64,000 nucleotides of DNA from the NCBI GenBank assembly GCA_011109175.1, contig RDEW01000003.1:1546429-1610428 (forward strand). Reading direction: 5' to 3'. This DNA is from Dicyema japonicum (taxonomy: Eukaryota; Animalia; Dicyemida). This document shows positions 13,561 through 26,620 of the stretch, in pieces. The translations under genes were made by a program, and so were the position numbers. Below the pieces are notes generated by a model, which did not search any database, had not been told where the DNA came from, and saw only the letters and a list, made by a program, of their open reading frames with translations. Position 1 is the stretch's first letter. The number at the start of each line of letters is the position of its first letter.

Positions 13561-13883
13561 GAATTTTGGGAGCTAAAGCTTATACCACCATTATTCAGTT
13601 TGACTTTTTTCAGGCTGGGGTACCAGTTATAAGGAAATATTTATGATTCTTTTAGTTTGTAGAGTAAATATAGCATAAGATTTTTTGCCATTTAAAAGTA
13701 ACGAGATTGACATTTGAAAATAATATTATTATTATTGTTGACGATAATTGTAAAGAGTTAACCAAAATCTTCGATAAGGCATGAATAAAGTGGAAGTGAC
13801 GGGACATGAAATAAATAATAGTTATAACAATTTCCGGGTTTTTATTTTAAAAATTTAAAATAAAACTAATAATTAAAATTTAA

Positions 13884-14274
13884 ATGACAATGGGTTCTCG
13901 TGAGGATTTTACAAAGTACAAATTTAAATTTATGGACAAGATATAATCAAAAATTTATTGAAACTTTCTTTGAGAGTGATTTATCGGCTGATTATGCTAA
14001 TGTGCTCGCTGTTTTAATTGGGATGTCTTCACTCTTCATTAAGGTAAATATTTTAAAAATATTTATTTACTAATAGAATAAATTTTTTAATATGGATTGG
14101 CTTAATCAGTGCAATGATCTCATTTTTTAATCGCAAAATGACAGATGAGTGGACTAAATGCTTGAGTAGCTTTATGTACTTGTTCTGATTATTTATAGGC
14201 TATGTATGGGAGCTGCGGCAATGTGCTATGGAAGAGATCCTAGTCCGGCGACAATTCCCTTCCTTTCTTATTGA
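13884..14274 (+). CDS. WDR83OS: Asterix / PAT complex subunit (UPF0139), 4 exons
   Basis: Spliced product ...SADYANVLAVLIGMSSLFIK-NKFLIWIGLISAMISFFNRK...CLSSFMLCMGAAAMCYGRDPSP matches Asterix topology. Needs removal of one T from the T6 run at 14083-14088. Confidence 0.8.
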
Positions 14275-14326
14275 TATTCTTATTTTAATAACTTACACGT
14301 GCTTTTTTGTGTTCTGGTAGTTTTGG

Positions 14327-15091
14327 TCATAGTTGTGGTTTATTGGACTGATCGATCAAAATACTGATGAAACCGGAGCCGTTGTTTTTGATTGAGGCGT
14401 GGTCAAGCATTGGGTGGGAAAGATCGGCAGGTAGATTTTTTAGACGTGCAAGTTGTTTCCTGAGACCCTTTGTCATAACGTTCTTCACATGTTGAAAAAA
14501 TGTCATCAAAGGGTCGAAAGTCACTCCCAGAATAGTTTGATGAATCTGTAAAGGTAAAGAGTCTCCATATATGCTCAAATCCATATTTTCTTTTTTGTCT
14601 GTGGTGAAAATAGTATACGTGATCTATCCCTGGATATGGAGAGACGATTCAACTTCAACCAGGCTCCCAGGTTGTCAATATGTGACTGAAGCTCTGATTT
14701 TGCTGCACCCACGTATTTGTTCCTGCTAGCGATGATTAGGTCGTCAGCATAAGTGAGAAGCATTGAATCTGGTTCTCCAGGGAAGGGTAAATCGTTGAGG
14801 AATAAGTTGAATAACGCCGGAGAGAAAGGCGATCCTTGAGGGACGCCATTTGGTAGGAGACGGAACCACGATTTTTCGTGGCCTATACAGACAAGTCCTC
14901 TTCTTCCGGAGAGAAAATTGGCTATCCATCTTTTCAAATCCGGCTGAATGGTGTGTCAAAAACCTTTTTCGTGAGAAATGTTCTCGAGACAGAATCGAAC
15001 GCCTTCTTGATATCCAGGGAAATAAAGATATCGAGCCATCAATTCCCTCTTTATAACAAATATTTTTTAAGAATTCCAGAAAATTAGTCAT
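14327..15091 (-). mobile_element. Jockey/I-like LINE reverse transcriptase fragment
   Basis: NGVPQGSPFSPALFNLF, TYADDL, ILGVTFD motifs. Confidence 0.9.
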
Positions 15092-15099
15092 TGATGTCC

Positions 15100-15520
15100 A
15101 ATATTAGTCATTGATAATTGAATGCTTACAAGATCATAACTCGAAAAATGAATATTCCATTACACGTGCTACAACATGGATTGGTATAATTTATGGAGAA
15201 CAGTAATTTAAAACTCTGATTTGATCCTATAAATGTCGTGTATACTTGATTTTATAAGTAAATCTTCTGCTTGTGCTTACCAAATCAATCCCCCACTAGT
15301 CCGTAACAGCTTTCGAAAAGAGGTGAAATATGTCCGCCTTTTCCATTTCCATTTAGCCCATACTTTCGCGAACAACACTTAATTCATAGGTGAAGAGTTT
15401 TCATAACAGTAATATCCACCAGTGGAGTTGGACGGGGACAAAAGTAGGAAGATCCCTTTCAAAAACTGTTGTGCAACAAAGGACTCTTTGCCTCACTGGA
15501 GGGACCTGTTTGACGAGAAA
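15100..15520 (-). mobile_element. Possible decayed Ty3/Gypsy integrase remnant
   Basis: WGIDLV segment with downstream spacing compatible with the rve core; many stops. Confidence 0.3.
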
Positions 15521-16267
15521 TTCTTAGCTTTCATGATAGTCACTCTTAGCTCTAGTATCCAGGCCTATCCAGGAACTTGTAAATTAGGTCAATATGATAT
15601 TATTATAATTTAATAAAACTAGACAGACTGAAATATCCATTAAAATAAAGAGTTCTGTTTAAGTAATTCTCGAATCTCCAAAGCAGTCAAGGATCCAATC
15701 AAAACAGTTCCAACTGAAAGTGAAACCTAAAAATAAAAAATTAAATTACTGCGCCAATAATATCCATAGGTGTTTTTGATGATACTGCAGACAGAATAAA
15801 TACTATGGATATGGCAGTATCACATATGAGAAATATCAAAAATACAGTTGTTTTCTAGAGTTATATTATTAAAACTATTATCGATATTATTTTTGTTTGA
15901 ATTTCATCAAACTCGACCATGTGAATAATCTCCAAGTCAATTAAAATCAAAAACTGAATAACTGTAAAAACTGAAGAAAATGAAGCATGCAAGACAACGA
16001 TAAAACATGACAAAGGAATTATATAAATAATCTAAAATTAAAAAATATAGTACAATGGTTGCTATCATGAGAATGCCCCGAGGTGAGTTTAATTTAGTCT
16101 CATTTATTTCCATGTTAATCAGGAAGAATGCTAATTAGAATAATTTTATTAATTTTATATAATTTAATAATATTTAAATTATATTAAAAAAAAATATTTT
16201 TATAAAATATTAAATTAATTTTGTTTTAATCTTTATTTTTTAATATCTAAAAACACTATAAATTTCG

Positions 16268-16425
16268 GGGTTGCCCGCGTACTACGCTACCGGGGGTGCT
16301 GGATGAGGATCTCAAGGCAACTAACCAAAGGCTCGTAAGTGGAGAGGATCTGGATGCTATAAGAAGTTTGGCGTGTAACAGGAGAGGCTGGACAAGATTG
16401 GTCCGACAAATTGCTTTAAAATATA
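16268..16425 (+). mobile_element. RTE-like LINE 3' fragment
   Basis: TTLPGVLDEDLK...EDLDAIRSLACNRRGWTRLV, similar to the C-terminus of the 43680 copy. Confidence 0.7.
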
Positions 16426-16899
16426 AAAATTATGTTTCTACGATAGTTGCTTATAATAATAAAAACATTAAACTATGGCCAAAAAAATTAAGAAAATCGT
16501 GTAATTTGGAATTAATTTCGTTTGTTTGAAGAAAAATTGGATCGTGAAGTTTTCCACTTTTTCGTTTAAGAAAACTGTATTTACTGTACATTTTAAACAC
16601 TTAGGATCTCAGCTGAGGCTCGTGTTTTCAGATTTATATAATTTTCTTATAAATTCCCACACACTTTCAGATATCACCAACCAAATGAAGCCTAACTAAA
16701 TCCCAACTAAAATAATATCAATTCGCCTAGATTTCAGATTATCTGGAAGAACTCATTGATTACGCCAATTCTGAAGACAAGAAAACTGAGGGATAATTCA
16801 TCTTTCTATCGCCATGTCTTAACAATTTACAACATATCGAAAGTGTTGAAATTCTTTCCTGATTGTAATCTCCTCTGTTCTGCAAAGCTTGCGTTCCTT

Positions 16900-17450
16900 T
16901 AGAATATTTTAAATCTTTTATTGTGATTATTTTGTCACGATTTGACTCCCCCGTCTGGTTTATTCAATATAATTTTTTTTGCTCCCGACTTCGGACACAT
17001 TATCTTCCGATAACAATTCCAAAAAAAGGATTTCCCATATCAATTTTGTGCAGTTTCAACCTTCCATATACGGTCAGTTTCATATACTGAGTTGGTTTAG
17101 GCATTAAATTCCGATGGTGACAAGAGTGAGATTTCAAGAAGTCCTTGTGACTTATAGATGCGTAATATTAGGTTGTTAGCTTGTACAGTATTTGGAGCAG
17201 AAAAAGATTAAGTTGTTCTCTCAGATGGACTATTGGAGCTTGCTTGCAGCAGGAATTAGCGAAGGAAGATGACGTTGCTGTTAGTTTTCCGAATTGATGA
17301 ACATGGTAATAGCAAAAGTGAACTAAGTTGTTTCCTTTGTTCTCTGAGAAATTATGAATTATTTGTCCCGATTAGCTGTAGGTTCGATTTCGACACAGCT
17401 ACCTGGTTGAAGATTCCGTTCTGCTCTCTATCTTTTTCAAAACCTTAGAA
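16900..17450 (-). mobile_element. Possible LINE ORF1 (gag-like) remnant
   Basis: Degenerate zinc-knuckle spacing NCTKL..WNCYRKIMCPKSG. Confidence 0.3.
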
Positions 17451-17454
17451 GCGT

Positions 17455-17610
17455 CGATTGATCCACCTGTCTCTGGAGATCCTCAATGTCTGGCTTCACT
17501 TCCAAAAGAGGATTTCACTTCCCTACACCACTGGAGGGGTTGCCACGAAGGCGGATATGGATGAACGTGATGTTTGGATTAGATATACCTTAATTAGCTC
17601 TTAACCTCTT
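17455..17610 (+). repeat. RTE-like 5' leader, divergent copy
   Basis: TGATCCACCTGTCT...CCACTGGAGGGGTTGCCAC...TTAATTAG aligns with 43035 and 54733. Confidence 0.6.
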
Positions 17611-18009
17611 TCCTGCATATCCAGGGTTATTAAATAGATTGTGGCACCAATTATTTTGTATCTATTCGAGATCTTATTGGTTGCCCTGGACCATCTGGAC
17701 TCGACATCAAAGTGAAGAATCTTGGGGGTGACCTGATCTGGAGACGTGGTTCCTAATAATCGTTACCTTTTGTGTGTTAGCGAAGCTAGGGATAATAATT
17801 TAATTAGTTTATCGGAACCCACGTGAGCGACGATGGTTTTGACAAGTCCATGAAAATGTCATGTGACAAATCAATTCATCTCTGTAATTTAATATTTTAG
17901 CCAAAAAATTAAAGTCAATGAGTTAGTGTTTAACCACCAGGAACATACAATAAAACTCCTCAAGCTGACTTTGGAAAAGGATGACTTCATTAAGAAGATT
18001 TCAATGCCA

Positions 18010-18120
18010 ATTAATTAAGTGATCCCAGCTTCTAATAATTCCCACATTCTCCTCGAGAAGACCGCCAGCGATTCCAACGTCTTTTTAAAATGTCATCTCG
18101 AATTTCCGCAAAGTAACTAG
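18010..18120 (-). mobile_element. LINE 3' end remnant (GIT-stop family)
   Basis: RMWELLEAGIT* with GGGATCACTTAA at 18015-18026. Confidence 0.6.
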
Positions 18121-18169
18121 ATCGGGGTGTTTTTCTTCAGGACCACATCAATAAACCCTTTCCCCAAAT

Positions 18170-20330
18170 TAAAATTAATTCCAAAGACCACTGTTAAACC
18201 GAAAAAAACTAAGTGATCCCGACGAAATGAATCATGGCTCTCATCTTTACTCGGTGTTTATCCCTTGAGCCTACACAAGTTCGCTGCGGCAAGCACTTCC
18301 TTGGCATTGGTGTCCTTTTTTGTTTTTTTCAATAAGTGTCTCCAAAAGCGTCGGTGATTTGATATTTTTCCCTGTATACCATCTTTCGGTTAGTTTGAAA
18401 GCCCTTTTCTGGGTTGCGGAGATTTTCTGGATGTTCGTATAAGAAGCCAGTGGTCCCCATGAAGTATACGCATTTGAAATGCATGGTTCGATGTACTGTG
18501 AGTAGAGCGTTTTAAGTATAGGGTGATGTACAATTTTCCATAGACCTGTTAGGCATTTCAGAAGGTAGATTTTTTTCTCACATTTGTTAAGCACGTTAGT
18601 GACGTGTCTCGAAAAGTTCATGTGTGTATCGAAAGTCAGACCCAATATTTTTTGCCATTTGCTGAACGGCAGTCCTCTTCCCTCCGCAGAAACTTCTATT
18701 GTCCTGTTCGACAATCTTTTGTCCGATGAATAGAGAGTGTAACAGTGTTGATTGACATCCGATTTTTGTTAAACCACTCGAGTAGTCGATCGAAGTGTTG
18801 TTGTATTATACCCGTCGCTGTTTGGATGTTCTGATCCCGTGAGGCCAAGACGATATCGTCTGCGTAAGCCAGAAGCAGGTCGTCTCCTCCATTCGGCGTT
18901 GGAATGTCAGCCGTAAATAAGTTGAATAGTAATGGTGATAGCGGCGAACCTGGGGTACTCCATTTCGGAATAAACGGGAGACAGATTAAATGTTTCCAAT
19001 GCACACTCTTCCTCTATGTCCGTTAAGGAATTTAGTCAGCCAGCGTTTGAGGTTTTCAGGGATATCTGATTGGTAGATTTTCCATGTTAGATTTTTTCTC
19101 GGCACAGAGTCAAAAGCTTTGTGGATGTCCAGTGAACATAACACAGTTTTCTGGTGTCTTGGCTTGCACAGAAATCCAGAGCGAATAAAGTTAGACAGGG
19201 AGTTGTTGAAGCTTGTTGTGGACCATCCTTTTTGAAATCATGCTGGAACGGTTTATGGTGAGTCCTTTCAGTGATTTTTGCGAGGATGAGCTTTTCCAGA
19301 ATTTTTGACATGGAGCACAAAAGAGAAATTGGCCTGAAGGAAACTGGGTCTACTTTCGGTTTTCCTGGCTTCAATACTGAGCGAATGTTTGCAAGTTTCC
19401 ACATCGTTGGGATTGAGTTATAGTTAATAGACCAGTTGTAAATTTTGGTCAGAGTACCGATTCCATCATTGCCTAGGTTTTTCATGAGAATTCCTTCTGG
19501 ACCATGTGAATGTGTTACTTTTATTTGGCTTAGGGATGCCATTACCTCCTTTTCAGTGAAATAAGTTAATTGATCTTTTTTCGGTTTTCTTAGCGGCGGT
19601 TTGGGTGGGTCAGTCCTCATGGTTTTTGTGAGAGATTTTCGCGTAGTATTTTATTAGGTGTTTAGGTCCATTTGACTGAATTCGTCATTTCCGGATGTCC
19701 TCTCATCCACCTTCGAGATATTTCGAATAGTTTTCCAGACTTTAGATGTTGACCGGTTACGATTTAATGACGTAAGGACCATCTTCCATATTGCTCTCTG
19801 TATTTTGAATTCATTGGCTTTTATTTTTTCGTTCAGCAATTTTAGACGGATCCGTGCTTTGGAGGAACGGATCCTTGCTTTTTTGAGACAGTTTCATTCC
19901 TTGACCAGAGCCTTCCTTCAGTACTCAATCGTGTAAACGGCATATCGTTTAGAGACAGCCATAGATCTTACTTCCAGAATGACCTTGTTAACGTAAGCAA
20001 CCGCCATATAAAGAAAGGTAAAGTTTTCCAGCTGTATATTAGCCAAATGTTGATCCGTAACTGATCGGAATAATTGCCAATTTTCAAGATTGTATATGCA
20101 GGTTTCTTCTTTCCACTGGTAACTTCTCTTGATTTTTAGCAGAATAGAGTTATGATCACTTCTGGTGTCGTAGATGACGGACCAATTAATTGTTGTTGAA
20201 AGCTGTGGTGAACAGAGTGTGATATCTGGGGAGGTTGGATAGTCAGAGTTCCTTTGAGGTGTTCTTGTGTTTTTTGATGGGTCTGATGATTGTCAGATTG
20301 CCAGAATGCGGCTCTCAGAAAACCTCGGTC
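18170..20330 (-). mobile_element. Jockey/I-like LINE ORF2 remnant (APE, RT, C-terminus; internal deletions)
   Basis: SDHNS (APE), FRPISLLCSMSKILEK, GSPLSPLLFNLF, AYADDI, ILGLTFD, ending FVGIT*. Confidence 0.9.
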
Positions 20331-20449
20331 ATTGTTTCTAAAGGTACAAATAAAATCAAATAAACAATAATATGAAAATAAATTATTTTTCTCAAGAAAA
20401 TAATAAATTAGATTTAATTTAAAATTTGAATCAGAAAGTTCAACTTCTA

Positions 20450-23376
20450 ATGTCTCGTTCAAATGTAGTTGTAATTAACAATTATTAAGGGCAACAATTC
20501 ATTAAATGACAGTAATAGTGAAGCCGAGGACCCTTTCTACGATGCATTGGATGCCCCAATAGATGAGGAAGAAGATGAGGAAGGGGAAGCCCTTTTCGGA
20601 GACAATTTTGAGAGGTTTACTATCGTAGTTATCAAAGGGACTACCGATACATTCCTGCTTTGGATCAGTTCGACCCAGATTACATCGATGACAGCGCTTA
20701 TGAGGCTTTGTCCCCAAGATCACGGGCTGAGGTCGACAGAATGCTCTATGAAAGGGACAAAACTGAGCCCTCTGACAGAGGGGCGGCCATTCCCTCCAAT
20801 CTTTTATATGGTTTTGAATCACCATGAAAATTTAGATCCAATGGATGTTGAGAGTCCGCGCCCAAGGAGAGGTCGAGAAGGAATCGATACTACTCAACGA
20901 ATTGAGAGCATAGAGAACTTGGAAGACATGAAAGGGTACTCTATCCGGGAATGGGTGTCTCTGATTGGGCCAAAGACTGAAATAAAGAACAGATTCACCA
21001 ATTTCTTGAGAACCTACACAGACGAGAACAACCACTCTGTGTTTAAGGAGCGAATACGACACATGGTTGAATGTACTGTATTCTGTTTATCTGAGGTAAT
21101 AAACGGTCCCTTGTCGTTAATTTCAACTGGTTAGCAGACAAGGAACATGTAATTGCGTATTTTCTGCCGGAGGCCCCGAAGGAGATGTTGAGTCACTTTA
21201 GTGCTGTATATTTTTTCTGATTACCTTTCCCTCAATTTTATTTTATCGGGTTTTTATTTCAAATTTAGGCGACCACTGACCTTGTGTTTGCCTTGTACCC
21301 AAATTATGTGAGGATTGCTGAGAGAATTTTTGTGAGAATTGAAGAACTCCCTTTAATAGAAGAGATCAGGTCCCTGAGGTGGTTGTGCTTTAATGTACTA
21401 GGAAAATTCATTTAAATCAGTTAATTCGAACGAGAGGAGTGGTGACTACAATATCTCAGGTGCTCCCCCAACTCCACATAGTGAAATACACATGTGTTAA
21501 GTGTAAATTCCTGATTGGGCCATTTTACCAAAAGCAGAATGAAGAAGTCAAGGTGGGAGCCTGTCCAGAGTGCCAGTCCTCAGGCCATTTGAAGTAAATA
21601 TGAGTGAGGTACTTCTCTCTAGTATATTAGACCATCTACAAAAACTACCAACGTCTTACCATTCAAGAGAGTCCAGGCACTGTGCCGGCTGGAAGACTTC
21701 CCCGTTCCAAGGATGTAGTCCTTGTGGACGACCTGGTGGACTGCTGCAAACCGGGGGATGAGATTGTCGTCCATTTTTTACATAGTAGGACTTGGTTGGG
21801 GGTGTACAACCACAACTACGACGGATCCCTCAAAACCAACGCTAAGGGATTCACAGTGTTTAACACGGTCATTGAGGCCAACTACGTTTTCAAGAAGGAT
21901 GACCAGTCAGTGCTGGACGCACTCACGGACGATGACATTAAAGAGATACAGGCCCTCTCCAAACTGCCAAACATAGTCGAAAGAGTAAGGGGTCACAATT
22001 ATTTTAGATTTACTCCACTATTGCTCCCTCAATTTACGGGCACAATAACATAAAACAGGCCATTGCACTAGCAATGTTCGGAGGGGAGGAAAAGAACATT
22101 GGTTATCCCCCGTGTTATTGCAGGGAGTGGGAAACATAGAATCAGAGGGGATATTAACGTCCTCCTGTGTGGAGATCCTGGGACGGCAAAGTCACAGTTT
22201 TTGAAGTACGTTGAGAAGGCAGCCCCACGTGCTATATACACGACGGGGAAGGGGGCCTCGGCTGTGGGACTAACTGCGTATGTGCAGCGTAACCCAGTGA
22301 CGAAACAGTGGACGTTGGAGGCGGGGGCATTAGTGTTGGCAGACAGGGGATATGTCTGATTGATGAATTTGACAAGATGACTGACAAGGACAGGACCTCC
22401 ATCCACGAGGCCATGGAACAACAAGGGATCTCAATCTCTAAAGCTGGGTTGGTGACCACTCTCCAGGCGAGGTGTAGTGTAATTGCCGCAGCTAACCCCA
22501 TAACCGGGAGATACGACTCTTCTCTTACGTTTATGCAGAATGTTTTATTTGGTGGTTATTTAAGGTGGACTTATCTGAGCCAATTATGTCTCGTTTTGAC
22601 ATTCTTTGTGTTGTGAGGGATGCTGTTGACTTGGTAGAGGATGAACGGACTGCCAGGTTTGTGGTGGAAAGTCATGTACGTAACCACCCAAGTTATGTCC
22701 CCCAAAGTGATGAGTGTCCCATACAGCAGAATCCACTTGCAATTGACCAGCAACTGTTTAGAAAATACATTGTTTTTGCCCGCCAAAAGTGCAAACCAAA
22801 ATAGGGCAGGTGGACTCGGACAGAATTTCTCGCCTTTACTCGGAATTACGTCATCAGTCAGCCTCTACTGGAAGTATTCCGATAACGGTTCGGCACGTGG
22901 AGAGTATCATAAGGATATCAGAGGCGTCTGCCAGAATGTGTTTGCGGGACAATGTGAACGTGAATGACGTCAACACTGCCATTTCTGTTGTCATTGAGTC
23001 ATTCGTGTCTGCCCAAAAGTTTAGTGTGATGAAGTCTATGAAGAGAGTACTCGTTTGTGTAACTAGACATTTGCCTCATACCTGAACTTTAGGAGGGATA
23101 ATAATGAGCTGCTTCTGTTTGTCCTCAAGCAGTTGGTAAACGATCAGCTTGTGTTTCAGAGGGCCAGAAGAGTTGGAGTGGCGCAGACGCAGGAGGAGGA
23201 GACATCTGTGGAGATTGATGAAGTGGACTTTGTGGATAAGGTCAGTGTTTGGTGTATGGTAGGCTAGACAAATTAATATTGAATCTAATCTCTTGGAGTT
23301 TTATGACTCTGAATTGTTTAGAGTGAATAGGTTTGCCTATGATAGAAGGAGACGGGTTTTGGTACATACATTGTAG
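20450..23376 (+). CDS. MCM2: DNA replication licensing factor MCM2; multi-exon
   Basis: [23 protein letters not shown] zinc finger, [44 protein letters not shown]. Three apparent 1-bp homopolymer deletions. Confidence 0.97.
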
Positions 23377-23444
23377 ATAATGGACTTTTGTAAACTTTCT
23401 TATTTTGGCTTTCATTCTTGTAATTTATTGTTAATTAAATTAAT

Positions 23445-24640
23445 ATTTATTGAATCAGAAAAAAACACCGTCATAGCAAGAAAGAAAAAATTCAGGTGAT
23501 CCAGGCATCCCTCAGCAGTTTTTTCGTGCTCGGATTTGAAGGAAGTGTTATTGTAATTATTGTTATCGAATTTGCTCTAAAGTAACTTTATATTTAGGTT
23601 TTTTATCTTGGGGATTTAACATCTCTACTTTACTCCGGGATTTTACTACTCTATTTTCCTTGGGAATTTAACTTATCTATTTTGTTTCTCTTGAAGCATA
23701 ACTTAGTTGTTGTTAATGTTTTCAAGAGATAAATTTGTCTTATCAACCCTGACAGTATCAACGACCCGGGTTCTTATGACATGCGACAATTACTGTGTGC
23801 TAAATTTTTATGTTTAAAAAAATTACTGTGAATATAAACGACCATCAACAAGTAGGACTTTCTATTTAGAATTGTGGAAAGGGGATAGATTTGATATAAG
23901 GTAATCTCTAAAAGACGTCTTCGATTAAAGATTACCCAACCGGATAATGTTTTTCGTAGCAGTAAATGTTGTGGTTGGAATATTTGAGATTTCTGAGAGT
24001 AGTCTGTAAGTTGATATTTTAATATTTTTAGGCGTTCTTCTTGATGATATCTTTGACTTCTTTCAGATTCCTCAATTCCACCAGAAAAGTCGGATCCAGG
24101 AATTTCGAGTTTCGACCTCGATCCTTTCTGGTGATCAATTTTAAAGCGTCAAGACGATCTTGGAATCCCAAGTGGGATAACCCTCTCGGATACGAGCTTG
24201 ACCAAGACGAACCAAGAAAGTTTTGAAATTATAAATTAATCTCCAGAAGAAAAAATGGTTTCTCCTTAAATTTTGTGCAGGATTCCAGATGTGATCTGAC
24301 TTCCATTAGAGAATGTTTTGGAAAATTTGAGGTCTTGAAGATATCCCTAGGATTTCTGGATGCATTGGTCTTTAGATGGAATGGTTATATTATCTGCGTA
24401 TATCGAATCATGGTGTTTCCGCAGAATTTTGTTACGGACTTAGTAGTCTGTAATATGACTTCCTCTGCGTCCACTGAGGAAGTTCGCAATCTATTTCTTG
24501 ATTTTAATTGTATATTTGAGTCAAAGATCTTCTTCGTAAGTATCTTCCATATTTGCACACCTCATGTAAACGAACATGCTAAGGAATCTGTGCCCCTGTT
24601 TAAATTGTAGGCCTCATTAATGGATTTTGCTATCGGACGA
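23445..24640 (-). mobile_element. Decayed Jockey/I-like LINE (GIT-stop family)
   Basis: Ends EKLLRDAWIT* with a 3' UTR like the 41751 copy; YQIYPLSTIL resembles RT domain 2. Confidence 0.55.
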
Positions 24641-25164
24641 TTTTTTATTTGCTTACAAGTTGCAGATGGTTAGATAAACTCGGATAAAGAAAATTGTTTT
24701 ATTTTTAACTACACAAAATTTTAACAACTAGAAGTTCCTTACAGCCAAGGCTGGACTCTCGGAATTGAAAACCTAATTCCCATGACCAGGGCTTAGCCAT
24801 TCGCTTAGCCATTTACTTTCTCTAATATGTTTCCATAATTTAACTCAAATTTATTTTTATACAATTTAACTAATTAATTAATAACGACTCATGAAAAATG
24901 GCATTTTATGGCAAAACATTTTATGACTCATATCTGACTTGATAAGAGAAAGAGTAAATGAAGAATGCGATATTTTCTGTTCGAGACTCTCTAATGAAAT
25001 ATTTCAAAAACGAATATAAAAACATCGTGTACGGCTATTTATTACCACCTGAAGGAATTCAACCAAACTTTAAGTAAATTAAAATATTACATGAACAAAA
25101 AATATCCGTAGATGTTGAAAATCAAGAGTTTGATGCTACACCTGAATCGTCTACACCTAAACCA

Positions 25165-25640
25165 AGGTATTTTTTGTCGACGAGGTTAAATTTAATAAGT
25201 TCATAGCTGGATTTAACGTTTCAATGAGAAAAAACTATGAACGAGCTTTAAAGGAAAAAATAATACTTTAGTTTCTAAATCTCTATTTAAAAGTTAAAAA
25301 CATCAGTATTTGCTGGGCAGTGAATAAAATAGGAATAACTGTATAAAATTTTATAATTCTGAGCTTTTATGGGATAAGTGACGCTATTGATTATTTCAAT
25401 TAGTCTGAGTCATAATTTAGTCATGTGACAACGCAGCAATTCACAAAACAAATAAAATTGCTGAAAGATTCTCATTTAATGGAAATCAACTGAAATTCCT
25501 CCCGCCATATTCGCCCATGCTGAACCCGATAGAAAACATATTTTCAAAATGGAAAAAAGTAAAAAATCTAAGAATATCCCATGGGGAAGAAATTGTGAAT
25601 CTTTTGGTCATGGTGTACAACATCTCGCCTCGGGGAGATG
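25165..25640 (+). mobile_element. Decayed IS630/Tc1-mariner (DDE_3) transposase
   Basis: FVDE..AGFNVSMR, DNAAIHK and PPYSPMLNPIENIFSKWK catalytic motifs. Confidence 0.75.
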
Positions 25641-25829
25641 ATTCAAATGTGGGAGATGGCATTACTTTAGTTTTTTTTGTTGGACATGGTTTTTCGTGAT
25701 CATGGCATAGCGAAAGAGCGTTTAATAAGACCATAAAGAACAAGGATGTTAGAACTAATTGTGTCTCTTTTAGTTTGCAGTTTCTATCGCTGATCTGTTA
25801 TTATTATAACCCCAGAGACACAAGACCTT

Positions 25830-26330
25830 CTAATTAAGTGATCCCTGCCTCTCCTCATATTATGTTCGTTAGAGTCTTTCATAAGCCTACAGAAATGGGA
25901 AGGTTTCTTTTTCAATTCCATACAAGCAAGAATATCTTCTTTGAGTAGGCTGACCTTGCATTTTCCAATGAAACTAATCATGAGACAACTTAATAATTAG
26001 TTTCTTCGCATTGGCTAACAGCTGAGGAAAATGTCTAGAAAGCATGAGATCCAAGAAGATGCAGACAACTGTGTCCTTTCCTGCACATGGGGGCTATAAG
26101 TATTATGTATCTCGTAAAGTTGTCCTTTGAAGGTTGAACTGATAAAGCAGCTCTGATTTACTGTGGTATAGCTTGATACTACTGCACTATGACATGACTG
26201 GTATCTAGGACCTCTGCTATTGGTTGTTTCTTTTCTGTTAACCACCGATTTCCTTTGATTGAAGGGACGGGGGTTAAATAAATACCTTCAATACACTTAA
26301 TGTCTTCCATCCTAATGGTTGATATAATCT
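25830..26330 (-). mobile_element. LINE 3' remnant (GIT-stop family)
   Basis: Ends EAGIT* (GGGATCACTTAA at 25834-25845); degraded thumb-region similarity. Confidence 0.55.
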
Positions 26331-26432
26331 TTTGCCTCATCTTAGTAGACTTGGGGGGTGTATTCTGGGTTATTAAAATAAAGAATTAAATAAAGCTTAT
26401 TATAATATCACACAACAAACTTTATTTGACTT

Positions 26433-26620
26433 TCTTGGCTGAACGTCTAGTGACATTGGATCTCACTGTCGTGGGTTCGAATCCGATAGATAAACCTTTC
26501 AGCGAAGGTAAATTATTGTAAACCAGATCCCACACATGAGGTGATGAGTCCTTCTGACACGACAAGGTTGCTCAAAGAGATTTTCCTAGCTTCTCATTGA
26601 CCAATTCCACTGTAAAGATT
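26433..26620 (+). mobile_element. Second tRNA-headed SINE-like element
   Basis: A-box-like TGGCTGAACG, B-box GGTTCGAATCC (26474-26484); body unlike the main SINE. Confidence 0.5.

Noticed and set aside
20450-23376. MCM2, stomatin, AHI1 and Asterix as pseudogenes because of frameshifts
   Set aside because: All shifts are 1-bp homopolymer indels in otherwise conserved sequence, consistent with assembly error.
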